Positions 62,688 to 64,000 of a stretch of DNA of 64,000 nucleotides are shown here, one piece after another. The stretch is taken from positions 2,026,877 through 2,090,876 of the forward strand of contig OY761449.1 in the NCBI GenBank assembly GCA_963664375.1. Reading direction: 5' to 3'. The notes beneath the pieces were generated by a model. That model had not been told where the DNA came from. It saw only the letters and a program-made list of their open reading frames with translations, and ran no database searches. Position 1 is the stretch's first letter. Each line of letters begins with the position of its first letter. A program made the position numbers and the translations under genes. This DNA comes from Dehalococcoidia bacterium (GTDB taxonomy: Bacteria > Chloroflexota > Dehalococcoidia > Lucifugimonadales > UBA3495).

Positions 62688-63086
62688 TTCCCTCTCCCTC
62701 CGGGGGAGGGTTAGGGTGGGGGCGTCTCCCCTATGTACTCAAGGTTGCTGATACCCACGACTTCACCCTCACCCCAGCCCTCTCCCTCAAGGGAGAGGGA
62801 GAATTAAAAGGCCCTCAAAGTTCCCTCTCCCTCCGGGGGAGGGTTAGGGTGGGGGCGTCTCCGCTATGTACTCAAGGTTGCTGATAGCCACGAGTTCACC
62901 CTCACCCCAACCCTCACCCTCAAGGGAGAGGGAGAATTAAAAGGCCCTCAAAGTTCCCTCTCCCTCCGGGGGAGGGTTAGGGTGGGGGCGTCTCCCCTAT
63001 GTACTCAAGGTTGCTGATACCCGCGAGTTCACCCTCGCCCCAACCTTCTCCCTCAAGGGAGAGGGAGAATTAAAAGGCCCTCAAAT
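62688..63086. repeat. tandem array: 3 x 133-bp composite units, each holding two oppositely oriented REPs (BIME-like)
   Basis: Units start at 62688, 62821 and 62954. Each reads ttccctctccctccgggggagggttagggtgggggcgtctcc-ctatgtactcaaggttgctgata-...-ttcaccctcaccccaaccctc-ccctcaagggagagggagaattaaaaggccctcaaag, with only a few substitutions between units. Confidence 0.9.
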
Positions 63087-63100
63087 GGCGGGGCGCACGC

Positions 63101-63128
63101 TTGACGAAGGTGGCTATCCCTGTACAAT
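63101..63128 (+). promoter_or_regulatory. sigma70-like promoter upstream of the LLM monooxygenase gene
   Basis: TTGACG - 16 nt - TACAAT, 64 nt upstream of ATG 63192. Confidence 0.45.
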
Positions 63129-63191
63129 CAAGCCCACTATGTTCCGGCCCCGCAGGGTTACGGCAGGGCGGGTCAGGCCGCGGAGGTTGCA

Positions 63192-64000
63192 ATGGAACTC
63201 GGATTGTTCCTGGAGTTCCCGATAAGGGAAGGATCAAACGAAAACGAAGCTTTCAAGGAGTCCTTCGCCCTAGTCGACCAGGCAGAAGACCTTGGCGTGC
63301 ATTCCGTGTGGATGGCCGAGTACCATTTCAACCCTGCCAGGGTGCTGGCCAGCCCCGTAACCATCCTGAGCGCCATTGCGGCCCGGACTAAGAACATACG
63401 CATCGGGACGGCTGTGCTGTTGCTGCCGCTGGCCAACCCCGTGCGCGTCGCCGAGGAAATCGCGACCCTCGACCAGATCAGTGACGGCCGCGTCGAGTTC
63501 GGAATCGGCCGCGGCACCTTTCCCAACGTTCATGAGGGATTCGGGGTGCCATTCGAGGAGAGCCGGGGCCGGTTCGAGGAGAGCATTGAGATCATTCTGA
63601 AAGCGTGGACTTCCGATGCCTTCTCATTCGAAGGGGAACACTTCAACCTCCCGGAAATGTCGGTAAGTCCCAAGCCGTTCCAACAGCCGCACCCGCCCAT
63701 CCGGGTTGGCGTGACCTCCGCTGAGAGCTTTCCCATCCTGGGGCGGATGGGCTACGACATCCTGATCAACCCGTCGCGCGTCTTTACGCTGGAGGAGTTG
63801 CAGCCGTCCATCCAGGACTACCGGGATGCGTGGCGTTCAGCCGGACACGATGGCGAGGGCAAGGTGGGCCTGCGTATTCCCGTCTATCTGTCCCACGATG
63901 CTCAGAAGGCCCACGAAGAACCCAAGGAGAGCGCGCTCTTTTCAATGGATCGTCTGTCCGACCGCGTTGGAAGCTACGCCGGGCGGCTGGGAACGCTGGG
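63192..64000 (+). CDS. LLM-class (luciferase-like) flavin-dependent oxidoreductase, 3' end outside window
   Basis: Own translation from ATG 63192 (after ggaggt) gives MELGLFLEFPIREGSNENEAFKESFALVDQAEDLGVHSVWMAEYHFNP...IRIGTAVLLLPLANPVRVAEEIATLDQISDGRVEFGIGRG..., open to the window end. It is absent from the ORF track because no stop lies in the window. Confidence 0.85.
   Translation, partial: MELGLFLEFPIREGSNENEAFKESFALVDQAEDLGVHSVWMAEYHFNPARVLASPVTILSAIAARTKNIRIGTAVLLLPLANPVRVAEEIATLDQISDGRVEFGIGRGTFPNVHEGFGVPFEESRGRFEESIEIILKAWTSDAFSFEGEHFNLPEMSVSPKPFQQPHPPIRVGVTSAESFPILGRMGYDILINPSRVFTLEELQPSIQDYRDAWRSAGHDGEGKVGLRIPVYLSHDAQKAHEEPKESALFSMDRLSDRVGSYAGRLGTL

Noticed and set aside
62688-63086. 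Possible CRISPR array (regularly spaced repeats).
   Set aside because: The 'spacers' are conserved between units, the repeats belong to the dispersed REP family, the unit length is 133 bp, and no cas genes are nearby. It is a tandem duplication of a composite REP unit.

Overview
High-G+C (by eye, not computed) bacterial chromosomal segment. The gene content and repeat families resemble Chloroflexota/SAR202-like genomes, but this is inference only.

**Housekeeping and metabolic backbone**
- A pyrimidine operon, pyrR-pyrB-pyrC-carA-orf-carB, sits behind a PyrR-type attenuator; pyrF lies elsewhere in the window.
- Other genes: sfsA, an EndoIII-like glycosylase, cinA plus a YceI lipoprotein, and an ABC-2/GldG/DUF4340 transporter operon.
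- Also present: AdoMet decarboxylase plus agmatinase, an M50 protease, a cysteine desulfurase, two tandem M20 amidohydrolases, glycerate kinase and lutABC.
- Also a TPP enzyme, a DhnA-type aldolase, a Zn-ADH and a partial LLM monooxygenase.
- An aromatic-catabolism cluster holds two Rieske alpha subunits, one beta subunit, an extradiol dioxygenase and a dehydrogenase.

**Accessory modules**
- hicBA, a split MNT/HEPN pair, a fused MNT-HEPN gene, two Uma2 nucleases and two PaREP1/HEPN-like genes.
- A methyltransferase/endonuclease pair, a dead IS5-family transposase, and several visibly lower-G+C islets of unknown genes.

**Repeats**
- The DNA carries about 25 copies of a ~40-bp REP-like palindromic element, including a 3 x 133-bp and a 3 x 39-bp array.
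- A second, MITE-like inverted-repeat element occurs twice.

**Best candidate for a new system (59080-59899, minus strand)**
- The layout is a strong sigma70-like promoter, two 100% identical 53-nt direct repeats, a canonical intrinsic terminator, an SD, and an intact NYN (PIN-like) ribonuclease gene.
- This is the layout of type III (RNA antitoxin) toxin-antitoxin loci, but with a toxin family that is not known to me in that role.

No rRNA, tRNA or CRISPR array was recognised.
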